A stretch of 63,893 nucleotides of DNA, counting the filler, from Octopus bimaculoides (Eukaryota), in NCBI RefSeq assembly GCF_001194135.2. It is 5 parts of 4 records of this genome, joined end to end, with 100 filler letters (N's around TTAATTAATTAA, not from the genome) between each part and the next. Parts side by side here need not be neighbours in the genome. Positions count along the whole stretch, not along the records: positions 60,740 to 63,893 come from NC_068986.1; 4 more parts are not named here. The stretch is one strand, 5' to 3'. Positions 61,878 to 63,893 of the stretch are shown in pieces. Below the pieces are notes generated by a model. The model was given only the letters and a program-made list of their open reading frames with translations, did no database searches and had not been told where the DNA came from. Numbering within the stretch: the stretch's first letter is position 1; each line of letters starts with the position of its first letter. The translations under genes were made by a program, and so were the position numbers.

Positions 61878-63893
61878 TGTATGTATGTATGTATGTATGT
61901 ATGTACTGAGACAGGTGCATGAACAATAAGCGGGTGTATTAATTTGACGCTCGGGGAAAAATGAAAAAGTCTATTACGTTTCGAGCCTACGTTCTTCAAC
62001 AGAAAGAAATATGAGGAAATAAACAAAGAGAGAATGTAAAAAAAAAAAAAAAACTGTAGATTTCAATGATCCAGCATGGTGAATATTTATATATATTCAT
62101 ATACATGTATAAATACATCTATGAGAGTATACACATACATGCACACCACATTCATGTAATGAAATTTGTCACTCCAAAGAGCGAAATTTCCTCAAATCAT
62201 ACATGACCTCTTTTTACTTTTTCTGCTCAACACTATATCTAAGACTACATGACATAAAGTGTCCCAAACATTATGTAGGGTGCATTTGATCAGGGCTGAC
62301 CTGTTACCAAATGACAATAAAATCACTATAACGTTGGTAAACGAATTTCACCGCACAACATATTTAACGGCCGTTATAAACATTCGAAAGAGATGATTTT
62401 CTTTCTTACTATTTCAGTAATTCTTTTCTACATTTCCCGGCTCAGTTCGTTCCAAAATATTTCTGAGGTAGAAAAACAACCTACGCGGCTTCATATAATT
62501 ATTTTCTGTAACAATGAGATTTTATGCTTTATAAATTATTCAAGAGAAGTACAGCTTACATAGATTGATGTTGCTGATCCTTTACCGCTTAAGTACTGCA
62601 GCACAACTTTGTGAGGATAAAAATATGTTTTAATATCTCTTCCTCTAAATGAATCCAGTAACTAATAAATGGCGGTAAACCCGAAACTGAATTTGGCCCA
62701 TCGCTATGTTTATACTAACATTGATATATTTTTCTCAATCTCCAAAATTGTTCTCGCTATTTTCTTTTAGAAACCAATTTGTCTCGCATTATAATAAAAG
62801 CCTCAACACAGCTTATTTGCCAATGAGTTGTTAATTTTAGCTGATACAGTTAATTTACATAACGAATAAGGTGTCTTTTTCGTAACCGTGTTCATGCTGA
62901 TGTATGAAGTTTTATGAACAACATGGTAGTCAACTTCTCCATATAGAAACTGGAAAACACACGTTACGATGATTAATTGGTATATTTCCATCACATTGAA
63001 GCAGATTCTGGGCTCATTAGTTGGCTCGCATTTGGGTGCGACAGTTAGCCACTCCTGACGGTTTCTCACAATTTTCATTGGCTAATATTGTTAGAAGTTT
63101 CCTTTGATGTTATTATGTCAATTACCCATGTAAATGTGGCATACATACATGCACAAATACATACACGCACACACACATACACACACATATGTATGTATGT
63201 ATACATATATATATATANNNNNNNNNNATAGAAAAGAAAAAAACACAAAACTACACAACCTACAATCATTCATATTATATTACACTAAATAATGAACAAA
63301 CGTCATTGTAAAGACTTATTGCTTGTGTCTTAACAACAAAAGGAGCTCTTCACTTGGGAAATGTCTGAAAAGGGTTCTTAATGTTTCCAATCTTAATGGC
63401 GTACATGTAATCCAATATGAAGGCGAGGTGCTGTTTTATGCATATGTAATATTATATTTATATTCATTTATTTGTCCAATTTTTCCTAAATACACGCAGT
63501 CTTTAGTTGATATTTTACGTGACTAGTGCTGAGTTTAAATTTCACTGACAATTATAAATAGCTTAACGCTACCTCATTTTTTTGTTAGCAGATCTTATCA
63601 TTGACAATCAAAGGGCATGTGGGGAAGAAAAAAAAAAGGAGAGCGAGAAAGAGAAAGATTCCATGTACTTTATTCCTCATCATTCAAAATTTTTCAAAGG
63701 TAATATATAATTCTTGTCAGTTATATGTTTTCGATAAGAGCACATAAATACCGCAAGCAGATTTCGTTACGCTTTAAAAGAGCGTGGACGTCAAGAACTG
63801 TAACAGCATGAACAACAAGAAAAATCTACTTTAACCATCGAAGATATTAAACTTGATTTATAAACGCCGCAGAATATAATTGAGTATATTAAA

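Overview
AT-rich, microsatellite- and SINE-dense eukaryotic scaffold with about 20 N gaps. The repeat landscape looks like an octopus-type coleoid cephalopod draft genome (inference, not checked). Nearly all ORFs in the supplied track are artefacts of microsatellites, SINEs or gaps. One gene is well supported, on the minus strand: four coding exons with GT-AG phase-1 junctions (5061-5091, 3255-3293, 2084-2209, 255-368) give MKTLCFLTLIVIAVVLTRTSG/TKQ plus two strongly cationic EGF-like repeats, and the gene runs off the left edge. Three of its four exons are not called by the ORF track. The clearest structural signal is a set of hammerhead ribozyme (HHR) motifs. One is an apparently intact type I HHR with an unusually long stem II (~105 nt region; 1109-1244, +). 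The others are a minimal, dimer-type HHR family carried by a short Penelope-like repeat that occurs as inverted pairs at three loci. Other mobile DNA: two R4/Dong-like RLE-LINE fragments, an RTE-like remnant, mariner remnants and MITEs, TTAA-flanked piggyBac-type MITEs, at least four SINE-like families, and a ~320-bp foldback palindrome. Several orphan exon chains have good splice signals but no recognisable homology and are low confidence. I found no rRNA, genuine tRNA gene or CRISPR array. Everything was read and translated by hand; repeat boundaries are approximate (about 10-20 bp) and no database search was run.
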